A stretch of DNA of 64,000 nt, taken from positions 191,614 through 255,613 of the forward strand of contig CAVWXY010000021.1 of assembly GCA_963758945.1 (NCBI GenBank). The letters are read 5' to 3'. Positions 28,714-38,994 of the stretch are shown one piece after another. A model generated the notes under the pieces. The model had not been told where the DNA came from. It did not search any database and saw only the letters and a list, made by a program, of their open reading frames with translations. A program made the position numbers and the translations under genes. Source of the stretch: an uncultured Alphaproteobacteria bacterium. GTDB lineage: Bacteria > Pseudomonadota > Alphaproteobacteria > Rhizobiales > Xanthobacteraceae. The number at the start of each line of letters is the position of its first letter. Position 1 is the first letter of the stretch.

Positions 28714-29690
28714 GCGCGCACCAGGCCGAGTTTCCGATTGCCACCATGTGCCGAGTGCTGGGCATCTCGTGCAGCGGGTACTATGCGTGGAGAACGCGAT
28801 CGCCCTCCCAACGGGCGCGTTCGAATACTGCGTTGACCGAGACGGTACGCACGATCCACGCGGTATCGCGCGGAACCTATGGCGCGCCGCGGGTGCACGC
28901 TGAGCTTGCGGCGAACGGCGTGCAGGTCGGCAAGAACCGTGTCGCGCGGCTCATGCGCGAGGCGGGTGTTGCTGGTATCAGCCGTCGCAGGTTTGCGATC
29001 ACAACGGTGCGTGATGGAGCCCGCCAAGCGCCCGATCTGGTCGAGCGCAGGTTCACGGCGGATGCGCCGAATGTGCTTTGGGTGGCTGATATCACCTACA
29101 TTCCGACATGGGCGGGCTTCCTGTACCTGGCGGTCGTCCTCGATGTGTTCAGCCGCCGGATCGTCGGCTGGTCGATGGCGACGACGTTGCACACCACGGT
29201 CGTGCTCGATGCGTTGAGCATGGCGCTGGCCATGCGTCGTCCGCGCGGCGTCATTCATCACTCCGATCAAGGCGCGCAGTACACGTCCATTGAGTTCGGC
29301 AACCGCTGCCGCGAGGCGGGTGTGCGGCCTTCGATGGGGAGTGTGGGCGACGCCTACGACAATGCGATGGCGGAGAGCTTCTTCGCCACGCTGGAATGCG
29401 AGTTACTGGCTCGCAGCCGGTTCAAGACGCAAGCCGAGGCACGCAATGCCGTCTTCGAGTTCATCGAAGGCTTCTACAATCCGCGCCGGCGGCATTCGTC
29501 GCTCGAGTATCTGTCACCCGTCGAGTTCGAGCGGCGGCACTGGGAGCCTGCGGTTTCCCCCGGCTCACTCCATCCTGCCGCCGTGCTCGGGGCCGTCAAG
29601 GTCAAGCCCTCGCGCGCGCGCAAAGTGCGCGACCTTGACCGCCCCTGCGCGCGACGGCGGGTCGAATGTGCGGGCCGGGACATGGCGTAA
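28710..29690 (+). CDS. IS3-family transposase OrfB (DDE integrase core), in the -1 frame relative to OrfA
   Basis: Contains WVADITYIPT...VIHHSDQGAQYTS...GDAYDNAMAESFF...NPRRRHSSLEYLSPVEFE. The C-terminus runs on past the normal end into the repeat preceding the IS110 insertion. Confidence 0.8.
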   Translation: MSAHQAEFPIATMCRVLGISCSGYYAWRTRSPSQRARSNTALTETVRTIHAVSRGTYGAPRVHAELAANGVQVGKNRVARLMREAGVAGISRRRFAITTVRDGARQAPDLVERRFTADAPNVLWVADITYIPTWAGFLYLAVVLDVFSRRIVGWSMATTLHTTVVLDALSMALAMRRPRGVIHHSDQGAQYTSIEFGNRCREAGVRPSMGSVGDAYDNAMAESFFATLECELLARSRFKTQAEARNAVFEFIEGFYNPRRRHSSLEYLSPVEFERRHWEPAVSPGSLHPAAVLGAVKVKPSRARKVRDLDRPCARRRVECAGRDMA

Positions 29691-29750
29691 TCGCGGGGTA
29701 ACGAATGCCGGCGCAGGCTGGTCCTCCCCGCAACGCCAAGGAGCGAGATC

Positions 29751-30797
29751 ATGTCCAAGAGCAAGCAGTATGTCGGCCTCGATGTGTCGCTGAAGGAAAC
29801 GTCGATCTGCGTCATTGACGATGCCGAGAAGATCGTATGGCGCGGCCAAACCAACTCGACGCCGGAAGCTATCGCATCGGCTGTGAAGCAGCACGCGCCC
29901 CATGCGGCTCGGATCGGACTCGAAAGCGGGCAGCTGTCGAACTGGATGTTCCACGAGCTGAAGGCGATTGGCCTGCCCGTGATCTGCGTCGATGCGCGCC
30001 ACGCCAAAGCCGCGTTGTCGCTCAAGGTCAACAAGACCGACGCCAACGACGCCCTCGGTTTGGCACAGATCATGCGCGTCGGCTGGTACCGCGAGGTGAC
30101 GGTGAAGGGCCTTGACAGCCAAGCCGTCCGTGCACTGCTGGTAGCACGCGGCCAGATCGTGTCGCAAATCACGACGCTGAAGAATTGCGTGCGCGGCATT
30201 CTGAAGACCTTCGGTCGGGTCCTTCCCAAAGGCTTGCGCAGCCAGTTCCCGGCGCGCGTGCGCGCGGCGATCGACGGGCATCCTGTACTTGGGGCGATCA
30301 TCGAGCCGACGTTGCAGGTGCTGGAGGCAACGCGGGCCCAACTCCTCGTGTACGATAGGGCCGTCATTCAACGCGCTCGCAGCGACGACATTGCCCGTCA
30401 GCTGATGTCGGCACCGGGCGTCGGCACGGTGGTTGCCTTGGCCTATATCACCGGCGTTGAGGACCCAGCACGCTTCAAGCGATCGTCGTCAGTGGCGGCG
30501 TACTTTGGGATGACGCCCAGGCGTTATCAATCCGGCGAGGTCGATCACGCAGGGCGCATCTCCAAGTGCGGAGACGGCATGGTGCGCGGCCTTCTGTTCG
30601 AGGCCGCCAAAGTGTTGCTCAGTCGGTCAACGCGACCAAGCGCGCTGAAGACCTGGGGCGAGGCGCTTGGCAAGCGTATCGGAGCTAAGAAGGCAACGAT
30701 GGCGGTTGCCCGAAAGCTTGCCGTCATCCTGCATCGCATGTGGACCTCAGGTAGGACGTTCCGATGGAACGCTGAGGCTGCATCTGCAGCCGCCTGA
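29751..30797 (+). CDS. IS110-family transposase
   Basis: Contains MSKSKQYVGLDVSLKETSICVID (DEDD N-terminal domain) and LMSAPGVGTVVALAYI...YFGMTPRRYQSGE...GRISKCGD (C-terminal domain). Confidence 0.85.
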   Translation: MSKSKQYVGLDVSLKETSICVIDDAEKIVWRGQTNSTPEAIASAVKQHAPHAARIGLESGQLSNWMFHELKAIGLPVICVDARHAKAALSLKVNKTDANDALGLAQIMRVGWYREVTVKGLDSQAVRALLVARGQIVSQITTLKNCVRGILKTFGRVLPKGLRSQFPARVRAAIDGHPVLGAIIEPTLQVLEATRAQLLVYDRAVIQRARSDDIARQLMSAPGVGTVVALAYITGVEDPARFKRSSSVAAYFGMTPRRYQSGEVDHAGRISKCGDGMVRGLLFEAAKVLLSRSTRPSALKTWGEALGKRIGAKKATMAVARKLAVILHRMWTSGRTFRWNAEAASAAA

Positions 30798-31512
30798 GAT
30801 CGATCGAATATCCCTTCGCCGCATCTCGCGGCGGATCGCTGTCCCTGCTGGGACGGGCCTCGATGACCGCGCGATTCTTCCTGCGCTGAGCTTCTGTTGA
30901 GCGCGTTCGGGACATAGCGGCGTCGAAACCCTGAGGCCATGGTGCGGCCAGCGACCCTGGACCGCGGAGAGAACGGTGGACCTGGCAGCGACATCAATCC
31001 GCGCGAGCAAAAGCTAAAGGGACCATACTCGATAGCAGAGCGCTCTTCCGGCCCGTGACCATCCAGTCTGCCGCCGTGCTCACGGCTGTCAAGGCGCGGC
31101 CTGGAAACGGTGGAGTGCGCCGCATGGCGGAGTGACGGCCGACCTTGACAGCCTCTGCGCGCGGCGGCGTTCGAAATCTACGGTCGGGGCGGAAGAGCCT
31201 GCGGCGCGGTCAACCCAAAGAAAGCCTCCAGGCAAGCAAGAGAACAAGCAAGAGAACAAGCAAACAAGGAAGAAAGAAAATGCTTGCGTTCGTGGTGGCG
31301 ATTAGAGAACGGAAGGATGAGCTCCGCAGGGGCCGAACAAAAGGATGAGCAGAAAAGGCAGAAAAAGGAGGACACCTTTGACGGCAGACACTGTAGCCTG
31401 ATCCCAAGACGTCAACTGTCCACGAAATCGGGGTAGGTCCATTCCACAGCAGCACCGCAGCCTTGCGCAACGTGGCACAACGTCGAGGGAACAGAATTTT
31501 GGAAAGAACAAC

Positions 31513-33150
31513 CTAACTGCGGGCGTCCTCCAAGATCATCGCGGCGCCCTTCTCGGCGATCATCATGGTGGGCGCGTTGGTATTCCCCGAAGTGATGACC
31601 GGCATCACCGAGGCGTCGATGACGCGCAGCCCGGCGATCCGCAGCATCCGCAGGCGGGCATCGACCACCGCCATGGGATCGCTCGGCAATCCCATCTTGG
31701 CAGTGCCGACAGGATGGAACACCGTGGTCGAGAAGCTGCGGAACATGTCGAGCAGCCCGTGATCGTCGTCGTCGCGGACGTCGGGTCGTGGCGCGATTTC
31801 CTGCGGCCGATGGGGAGCGAGCGCGGGCCGCCGCATGAGGCGCCGCACCACGCGGATACCGTCGATCGCGACCTGGCGGTCCTCCTCGGCGTCGAGATAG
31901 TTGAAGCGGATAGCGGGGGGATCGGCGGCGCGGCCGGATTTGAGCCGGATCGTGCCGCGGCTCGCGGAGCGCAACTCGTAGACGCTCACCGTGATCCCGG
32001 GAAAGTCGTGGAACGCGCTGGTGGCGGTGGCGCCCTTGCGCGAGAACGGCATGACGATGAGACCGATATTGGCACGATCCCGGTTCGGATCGGAGCGGGT
32101 GAAGATTCCAAGCGTCGACGGCCCCATGCTCAGCGGGCCGCGCCGGAGGGCGGCGTATTCCAGCATCATGGCGACCTTGCCGAAGGGCGAGTTGGCCCGC
32201 TCGTTCAGCGTCCCGATGCCTTCGATCCGGTAGCTCATATGGAGCTGCAGATGGTCCTGCAGGTTGCCGCCGACGCCGGGTCGGTCCACCACGACGTCGA
32301 TGCCGTGGTCCTGCAGATGCCTGGCCGGCCCGATGCCCGAGCGCAAGAGGAGGGGCGGCGTCGCGATCGCACCGGCCGCGACGATCACCTCGCAACCGGC
32401 CAATGCCGTCCGCCGGTCCGTCCCTTGGCAATATTCGACGCCGACGGCTCGCCTGCCCTCGAACAAGAGCCGTTCCGCCAGGGCTTCGGTTTCGAGCTTG
32501 AGATTGGGCCGTCGCAGGACCGGCTTGAGGAAGGCGGTGGCGGCGCTCCAGCGACGCCCGCGTTTCTGCGTGAGGTGGATGGGGCCGACGCCCTCGTTGT
32601 CGCCGGTGTTGAAGTCGTCGAGCAAGATCAGCCCGTCTTCGCACGCGGCGCGCTGCACGACGCCCAGCACAGGCCAATGCGCACGCGTTCGCTCGATCCG
32701 CAGCTCCCCGCCCGCGCCGTGGCTCGCGCTCGCGCCGAGCTCGAAGTCTTCATGCGCCTTGAAGTAAGGCAGCACGTCGTCCCAGCCCCAGCCGTCGAGC
32801 CCGAGTTGGCGCCAATGGTCGAAGTCGGCGGCGTGTCCGCGGATCTGGAACATGCCGTTGATTGCGGACGACCCCCCGATTACCTTGCCGCGCGGATGGC
32901 CGATCGAACGGCCCTTGAGGCCGGGCTCGGCTTGCGTCTGGAAGCACCAGTCGTATCGCGGATCACCGATGGCATAGCGGTAGCCGATCGGAACGTGCAG
33001 CCGGATCGAGCGGTCGGCGCCGCCGGCTTCGAGCACGAGCACGCTTGCGCGCGGATCGGCCGATAGCCGGTTGGCCAGGAGGCAACCGGCGGAGCCCGCG
33101 CCGACGATGATGTAATCGAAGCGATCGGCGCCGTTCGACCCGTTGGACAT
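31513..33150 (-). CDS. GMC-family FAD oxidoreductase (choline dehydrogenase-like)
   Basis: The N-terminus is FDYIIVGAGSAGCLLANRLSADP...VLVLEAGG. The C-terminus is HPVGTAKMG...VVDARLRMLRIAGLRVIDASVMP. Confidence 0.85.
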   Translation of the reverse strand: MSNGSNGADRFDYIIVGAGSAGCLLANRLSADPRASVLVLEAGGADRSIRLHVPIGYRYAIGDPRYDWCFQTQAEPGLKGRSIGHPRGKVIGGSSAINGMFQIRGHAADFDHWRQLGLDGWGWDDVLPYFKAHEDFELGASASHGAGGELRIERTRAHWPVLGVVQRAACEDGLILLDDFNTGDNEGVGPIHLTQKRGRRWSAATAFLKPVLRRPNLKLETEALAERLLFEGRRAVGVEYCQGTDRRTALAGCEVIVAAGAIATPPLLLRSGIGPARHLQDHGIDVVVDRPGVGGNLQDHLQLHMSYRIEGIGTLNERANSPFGKVAMMLEYAALRRGPLSMGPSTLGIFTRSDPNRDRANIGLIVMPFSRKGATATSAFHDFPGITVSVYELRSASRGTIRLKSGRAADPPAIRFNYLDAEEDRQVAIDGIRVVRRLMRRPALAPHRPQEIAPRPDVRDDDDHGLLDMFRSFSTTVFHPVGTAKMGLPSDPMAVVDARLRMLRIAGLRVIDASVMPVITSGNTNAPTMMIAEKGAAMILEDARS

Positions 33151-33400
33151 GCTGGCTCGCGAGGTCTGCGATGAACGCGACAGTATGCGGAACAGGACAT
33201 TTCGTCACAAGCCGCTGCCCGCGACTGGCAAGGCCCACTCTTCGCGCTGCCCACAACCGACGTTGAGGTTTCTCCCCCGAGCACGACGGACTGCAGCCGC
33301 GAACCTTGGCCGCCGGTGGAGCGTGATGCGGAAACGCGCTATAACCCGGCAACTTCAAAACTGCGGTTTTCAAACCGCGATCGTGCCAGGGAGGATTGCG

Positions 33401-34594
33401 ATGAGGTGCTCATTCGGCGCCGCGGCAGTGATGATATCGCTGTCGGCGAGCATGGCTTCGGCCGACACCGTCAAGGTCGGGTTGATTGCCGATTTCACCG
33501 GGGCGTTCGCCACCTGGGGCACGCAATTCAAGCAGGCGGTCGAGGCGTACCAGGCGGTCAACGGCCAGACCGTCAAGGGACCCGACGGCAAGACCCACGA
33601 GATTCAATTCGTCTATCGCGACTCGGCCAGCGCCGGCCCTGACCGCGCGAAGCAGCTCGCGGAAGAGCTGGTCCTGCGCGAGAAGGTGAAGTTCCTGGCG
33701 GGGTTCGACCTCTCGCCGCACGCCATGGCGGTGGCGGAGATCGCCACCCAGGCCAAGATTCCGGTCGTCATCATGAACGCAGCGACCGCGTCGATCACCC
33801 GCGGCTCGCCCTATTACGTGCGCGTGAGCATGACCATCCCGCAACACGTGGTTCCGCTCGCCCAATGGGCTTACCGGAACGGCATCAGGAAGGTGTACAC
33901 GATCGTTAGCGATTACGCGCCCGGCCACGACGCCGAGACCTATTTCAGCAAGACGTTCAAGGCACTGGGCGGCGAGATCGTCGGCAGTGCCCGTTCGCCG
34001 CAGCAGGAGACCAACTACGCGGCCTACATGGAGAAGGTGCTGCAGGCGAAACCCGACGCGCTCTACATGTTCCAACCGGCCGGCTCGCCATCGATCGCGT
34101 TCGTCAAGGGCTATGTCGAGCGCGGCCTCAAGGCGGCCGGCATCAAGCTTCTCGGCACCGGTGAAACGCAAGAGCTGTTTTTGCCCAATTTCACCGATGA
34201 CGTGATCGGCGTGGTGACCGCGTTCCACTACACCGAGACCAACACCAATCCGGAGAATCTCGCCCTCAAGGCCCAGCTTCGGAAACAGTTTGGCGAAAAG
34301 GCGGTGCCCGACATCGCCTCGGTCGCGGCCTGGGACGGCACCGGCCTGATCCACGCGGCGGTGGCGACGCTCGGCGCGAACGCCGACGGCGCGAAATACG
34401 TTGATTACTTCAAAGGCAAGAAGCTCAACAGCCCGCGCGGGCCGATCCTGATCGATCCGGACGAGCGCGACGTCGTGCAGAACATCTACATCCGCCGCGT
34501 CGAGAAGCGGGACGGCAAGCTGGTCAACATCGACATCGGCCAGGTCGACATGGTCAAGGACCCCTGGAAGATCGACAATCCTCTGAAGAAATAA
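33401..34594 (+). CDS. ABC transporter substrate-binding protein, branched-chain amino acid (LivK/LivJ-like) family
   Basis: GGGAGGA precedes ATG 33401. It has a signal peptide (MRCSFGAAAVMISLSASMASA) and VKVGLIADFTGAFATWG. It is followed by permease and ATPase genes. Confidence 0.85.
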   Translation: MRCSFGAAAVMISLSASMASADTVKVGLIADFTGAFATWGTQFKQAVEAYQAVNGQTVKGPDGKTHEIQFVYRDSASAGPDRAKQLAEELVLREKVKFLAGFDLSPHAMAVAEIATQAKIPVVIMNAATASITRGSPYYVRVSMTIPQHVVPLAQWAYRNGIRKVYTIVSDYAPGHDAETYFSKTFKALGGEIVGSARSPQQETNYAAYMEKVLQAKPDALYMFQPAGSPSIAFVKGYVERGLKAAGIKLLGTGETQELFLPNFTDDVIGVVTAFHYTETNTNPENLALKAQLRKQFGEKAVPDIASVAAWDGTGLIHAAVATLGANADGAKYVDYFKGKKLNSPRGPILIDPDERDVVQNIYIRRVEKRDGKLVNIDIGQVDMVKDPWKIDNPLKK

Positions 34595-34684
34595 TTTTCA
34601 GGTGACCGGATGTGAGCTCGCGCGCGGGACCGGGAGCGGTTCCGTGCGCGTCCGCTTCAACGCGACCCGCCGCAGCGACGACCG

Positions 34685-35557
34685 ATGCTAGGCTTCGTAT
34701 TGACCGTACTGCTCGACGGCGTTTCGTACGGAATGATTTTGTTCGTCATCTCGGTCGGCCTCACCGTCACCATGGGGCTGATGCGTGTCATCAACCTTGC
34801 CCACGGCGCGTTCGCCATGATCGGAGGCTACGTGGCGGGCTACTTGACCCAGAACGGCGTCGATTTCTACCTCGCCGTGCTGGCGGCCGCCGTGATTTCC
34901 GGCTTGTTCGGAGGCGTTGCGGAGATCACAGTCTATCGCCCGCTTTACCGCAAGGGCGAGCTCGCCCAGGTGCTGTTGACGATCGGCATGGTTTTCGTCG
35001 TGACGGCGGCGGTCACCGAGATTTTCGGCGCGTTTCCCTACCCGGTCGTGTTCCCCGACTACTTGTCGCGGCCGGTCGACATCGGATTTCGGACCTACCC
35101 GGCCTACCGGCTGTTCCTGATCGCGGTCGGCGCGGTGATCGCGGCCGCTCTGTGGTACGTGGTTGAGACCTCGATCTACGGGGCGCGGCTGCGCGCCGCG
35201 GTCGACAATTCGCGCATGGCAAGGTGCGTCGGGATGAACGTGAATGTCCTGTTCACCTCGACCTTCGCGGTCGGCTGCGCGCTCGCCGGGCTCGCCGGCG
35301 CGCTCGGCGCACCTATTCTTTCGCTCGAACCCTCCTATGCGCTCAAATACGTCGTCCTGTTCCTGCTCGTCGTGATCGTCGGCGGCGAAGGCAGCTTGAA
35401 GGGCTCGTTCGTCGCCGCCATGGCGCTCGGCATCATCGACACGCTGGGCAAGTATTTCGTCACCGAGGCCGCTCCCTATCTGCTCTACGCCGCCGTTTTC
35501 GTCCTCCTGCTGTTGCGGCCGCACGGCCTGTTGCCGCCGAAATCGGCCGCGCTATGA
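34685..35557 (+). CDS. branched-chain amino acid ABC transporter permease (LivH-like)
   Basis: A multi-pass hydrophobic protein containing NLAHGAFAMIGGY. It has an ATGA overlap with the next permease gene. Confidence 0.85.
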   Translation: MLGFVLTVLLDGVSYGMILFVISVGLTVTMGLMRVINLAHGAFAMIGGYVAGYLTQNGVDFYLAVLAAAVISGLFGGVAEITVYRPLYRKGELAQVLLTIGMVFVVTAAVTEIFGAFPYPVVFPDYLSRPVDIGFRTYPAYRLFLIAVGAVIAAALWYVVETSIYGARLRAAVDNSRMARCVGMNVNVLFTSTFAVGCALAGLAGALGAPILSLEPSYALKYVVLFLLVVIVGGEGSLKGSFVAAMALGIIDTLGKYFVTEAAPYLLYAAVFVLLLLRPHGLLPPKSAAL

Positions 35558-36585
35558 CGCCGACGCCCTCCGCTCCGGCGGCACCTGCGCCCGCAACCGG
35601 GCTCGGCGCGCTCGCCGTCGGCAGCCCGCTGGCGATCGCCGGGCACGCATTGCCGTGGGCGATCATGATTGCCTTCTACGTCTTCGCCGAGGGCTATCTC
35701 AGCCTCGGCACGCAGGTGATGGTGTGGATTCTGTTCGCGCTGTCGCTCGACCTCGCCTTGGGATATGCCGGCATCGTGACGCTGGGTCACGCCGCTTTTT
35801 TCGGCGTCGGGGCCTATGCCGCGGGATTGTTCGCCATTCATGTCTCTCCCGATCCGATCCTGGGACACTTGGCGGCGATCGTCCTCGCCGGCCTCCTGGG
35901 AGCCGTCACCGGCGCGCTGATCCTGCACACGAGCGGCGTCACCTTCCTGATGCTGACGCTGGCCATCGTCTCGATGTTGTTCGAATACGCCAATCAGGCG
36001 CGCGACCTCACCGGCGGCGACGACGGCCTGCAGGGCATCAAGATCGATCCGATCTTCGGCGTGTTCGAGTTCAACATTTTCGGGCAGACGGCCTATCTCT
36101 ACACGCTCGTCGTCCTGTTCATCTGGTTTCTGATCTCCTGGCGGGTCGTGCATTCGCCCTTCGGCCGCTCGCTCGACGGCATCCGCCAGAACACGCGGCG
36201 CATGCGCGCCATCGGCACGCCGGTGTGGTGGCGGCTGCTCGCCGTCTACACGCTGGCGGCGGCGATGGCGGGCTCGGCCGGAGCGCTGTCGGCGCATTCG
36301 ACCCGGTTCGTCGGCCTCTCGGTCTTGAGCCTGCTGACCTCCGGCGTCGTGACCGTGATGCTGATCCTGGGCGGAACGCGGCGGCTCTACGGCGCCTTCC
36401 TGGGCGCCGCGATCTATTACGTGGTGCAGGATTCGACGGCGAAGATCAGTCCGTATTTCTGGGAATTCATCGTCGGCGGCATGCTGATGGCGACCGTGCT
36501 GTTTCTCGAAGGGGGTCTGATGGACCTGGGCAGGGTCGGCCGCGGCCTCCTCGCCCGCTTGCTGCGGCGGACGGGCGGCTCATGA
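35554..36585 (+). CDS. branched-chain amino acid ABC transporter permease (LivM-like)
   Basis: Contains LGYAGIVTLGHAAFFGVGAYAAG. It has ATGA overlaps on both sides. Confidence 0.8.
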   Translation: MTPTPSAPAAPAPATGLGALAVGSPLAIAGHALPWAIMIAFYVFAEGYLSLGTQVMVWILFALSLDLALGYAGIVTLGHAAFFGVGAYAAGLFAIHVSPDPILGHLAAIVLAGLLGAVTGALILHTSGVTFLMLTLAIVSMLFEYANQARDLTGGDDGLQGIKIDPIFGVFEFNIFGQTAYLYTLVVLFIWFLISWRVVHSPFGRSLDGIRQNTRRMRAIGTPVWWRLLAVYTLAAAMAGSAGALSAHSTRFVGLSVLSLLTSGVVTVMLILGGTRRLYGAFLGAAIYYVVQDSTAKISPYFWEFIVGGMLMATVLFLEGGLMDLGRVGRGLLARLLRRTGGS

Positions 36586-37334
36586 CGGTTCCGGCGCTTT
36601 CGGTACGCGGGCTGTGCAAGAGCTTCGGCGGCCTCACCGTGGCGCAATCGATCGACCTCGACCTGATGCCGGGCTCGCGCGTCGGCCTGATCGGTCCGAA
36701 CGGCGCCGGCAAGACCACCTTCGTCAACCTGCTGACGGGTTTTCTCACCCCCGATGCCGGCACGATCACGCTCGAGGGCGTGTCGATCGAGGCCATGAAG
36801 CCGGAGGACCGGGTACGCCGCGGCCTTGCTCGCACCCATCAGATCAACACGCTACTCGGCGAAAGCTCCATGCGCGACAATGTGGCCATCGCGATCGCCG
36901 AGCGCGAGGGCTTTGCGTGGCGAACGATGCGGTTCGCTCCGCAATGGCGGCAGTGCCTCGAGGAGGCGCAGACGCGGCTGACCGAGATGGGCATCGCCGA
37001 AGTGGCCGACCGGCGCGTGTCGGAGCTGCCCTATGGCCAGCAACGGCTGTTGGAAATCGCCATCGCGCTCGCGCTCGAGCCGCGGGTTCTGCTGCTCGAC
37101 GAGCCTGCGGCGGGCGTGCCGGCGGCGGACACGCACGTGATCCACGACGCCTTGAACCGCATGCCGGCCGATATCGCCATGCTCATCATCGAGCACGACA
37201 TGGACGTCGTCTTTCGCTTCGCCAGGGAGATCGTGGTTCTCGTGCGCGGCCGGATTCTGACCCGCGGAACGGCGGCGGAGGTTTCGCGCAACCCCGAGGT
37301 GCGCGCGGTCTATCTCGGCAAGGCCGCGCGATGA
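36582..37334 (+). CDS. ABC transporter ATP-binding protein (LivG-like)
   Basis: Walker A is GPNGAGKTT, the signature is LPYGQQRLLEIA, and Walker B is LLLDEPAAG. Confidence 0.9.
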   Translation: MTVPALSVRGLCKSFGGLTVAQSIDLDLMPGSRVGLIGPNGAGKTTFVNLLTGFLTPDAGTITLEGVSIEAMKPEDRVRRGLARTHQINTLLGESSMRDNVAIAIAEREGFAWRTMRFAPQWRQCLEEAQTRLTEMGIAEVADRRVSELPYGQQRLLEIAIALALEPRVLLLDEPAAGVPAADTHVIHDALNRMPADIAMLIIEHDMDVVFRFAREIVVLVRGRILTRGTAAEVSRNPEVRAVYLGKAAR

Positions 37335-38035
37335 GCGTCGGGCTGTCGATGGAAGATCTCGTGGCCGGCTACGGCGCGACCGTCGTCATCGACGGCGTTT
37401 CGCTCGCGGTACCGGCGGGCGGCACGCTCGCCATCCTCGGACGCAACGGCGTCGGCAAGACCACGCTGTTGCAGACCCTGATGGGGCTGACCACGCTGCA
37501 TCGCGGCGCCGTATTGCTCGGGGACGAACGCATCGACGGCGTTCCGACGCACCGTCGCGCGCGGCTGGGTCTGGGCTACGTGCCGCAGGAGCGTGAGATT
37601 TTCCCCTCGCTCACCACCGAGGAGAACCTGGCGGTGTCGGTGCTGCCCTCCGGCTGGAGCATCGAGGCGGTGCTCGACCTCTTCCCCCTGCTCGCGGAGC
37701 GCCGGCGCACCTCCGGCAACCGGCTCTCCGGCGGCGAGCAGCAAATGCTCGCGATCGGCCGCGCGCTGGTCGGGGGACCCAAGGTACTGCTGCTCGACGA
37801 GCCGCTCGAAGGGCTGGCGCCGATCGTGGTCGAGGCCCTGTTCGAGGCCCTGCCGAAGATCCGCGACGAAGGCGGCTTGAGCATCGTTCTGGTGGAGCAG
37901 AACGCCGGGCTTGCCCTCTCCTTCGCGCAGCATGCAGCCGTGCTCGACCGCGGCAAGGTGGTCCACTTCAGCACGAGCGCCCAGCTGCGCGCCGACGAGG
38001 CAACGCAAGCGCGGCTCCTGGGAGTGGCCCGGTGA
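37331..38035 (+). CDS. ABC transporter ATP-binding protein (LivF-like)
   Basis: Walker A is GRNGVGKTT, the signature is LSGGEQQMLAIGRAL, and Walker B is LLLDEPLEGLAP. Confidence 0.9.
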   Translation: MSVGLSMEDLVAGYGATVVIDGVSLAVPAGGTLAILGRNGVGKTTLLQTLMGLTTLHRGAVLLGDERIDGVPTHRRARLGLGYVPQEREIFPSLTTEENLAVSVLPSGWSIEAVLDLFPLLAERRRTSGNRLSGGEQQMLAIGRALVGGPKVLLLDEPLEGLAPIVVEALFEALPKIRDEGGLSIVLVEQNAGLALSFAQHAAVLDRGKVVHFSTSAQLRADEATQARLLGVAR

Positions 38036-38242
38036 TATCGAGCGTCCGCCCCTCGTTCCGCGCAGCCTTGGAGGAACCGGCGCGGTTGGTGCTCTTCAGC
38101 CAATGGTGGCGGACAGGACTCTGGCGGAAGGCGTGTCCGCCAAAGTCTATTGAGAACGCTTTAGGGCCTGTCTTCAGTTGGGGGATTCCCAAATCAGTGA
38201 TTGAGTGATTCATGGGTGGTCGGCCTAAGGAGGGGCCGACCG

Positions 38243-38994
38243 ATGCGGCGCTATGCATTGCGGGACGACCAGTGGGATCGGATCAAGGATTTTCTGCCGG
38301 GCCGCGAAGGCCATGTCGGAGGCACGGCAGCAGACAATCGCCTGTTCGTCGAGGCTGTTTTGTTTAGATACCGAGCCGGCATTCCTTGGCGTGATCTGCC
38401 GGCGCGCTTTGGCGATTGGAAGATCGTCCATCAGCGCTTCAATCGATGGGCGAAGGGCGGTGTTTTCGAGCGTATTTTCAAGCTGTTGGCCAGCGATCGC
38501 GATAATGAGTACATGATGATCGACGCCACAATCGTGCGTGCGCACCAGCACAGCGCCGGCGCACGAAAAAAAACGGCGCGCAAGCGATCGGCCGATCCCG
38601 CGGTGGATTGACCACCAAAATTCACGCGCTCGTCGATGCTCTCGGCAATCCCGTCGAATTGATGCTCACGCCAGGACAGGCCAATGACCTCATTTGCGCA
38701 CAGCCGTTGCTCGAGGAGTCCGATCCAGAGGCTCTGATCGGCGACACCGCATACGACGCCGATGTCTTCATCGAGGCTCTTGCCGAGCGGCAAATCACCC
38801 CGGTGATTCCTTCACATCCCCGCCGCAAGAAACCACGGCCCTGCGATTTTGCCCTCTACTGCGAGCGCAATCTCGTCGAGCGCTTCTTCAACAAACTCAA
38901 GCACTTTCGCGCTATTGCCACGCGCTATGACAAACTCGCCAGAAATTTCCTCGCCGGCGTCCAGCTTGCCTCGGCTATCATTCTCCTCAACTGA
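38243..38994 (+). CDS. IS5-family transposase (orfA 38243-38611 and orfB 38608-38994, presumably fused by -1 slippage)
   Basis: Contains MRRYALRDDQWDRIKDFLPG...IPWRDLPARFG...VHQRFNRWAKGGVFE and then TKIHALVDALGNP...GDTAYDAD...YCERNLVERFFNKLKHFRAIATRYDK. Confidence 0.8.
38566..38573 (+). promoter_or_regulatory. A8 slippery run, candidate -1 frameshift site of the IS5-family transposase
   Basis: A run of eight A residues sits in the orfA/orfB overlap region. Confidence 0.6.

Larger units (their letters stand above)
28363..31442 (+). mobile_element. IS3-family element carrying a nested IS110-family insertion
   Basis: IRL is TGAAGTTCCCCCGGTTTCGTGGACA (28363-28387). IRR is TGTCCACGAAATCGGGGTAGGTCCA (31418-31442), about 20/25 complementary. 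A 3-bp direct repeat TTC flanks both ends (28360-28362 and 31443-31445). Confidence 0.7.

Noticed and set aside
31145-31511. Small ORFs and a purine-rich CAAGCAAGAGAA duplication near 31240-31265.
   Set aside because: They lie inside the 3' untranslated tail of the IS3-family element, before its right inverted repeat. There is no SD or coding-like composition.
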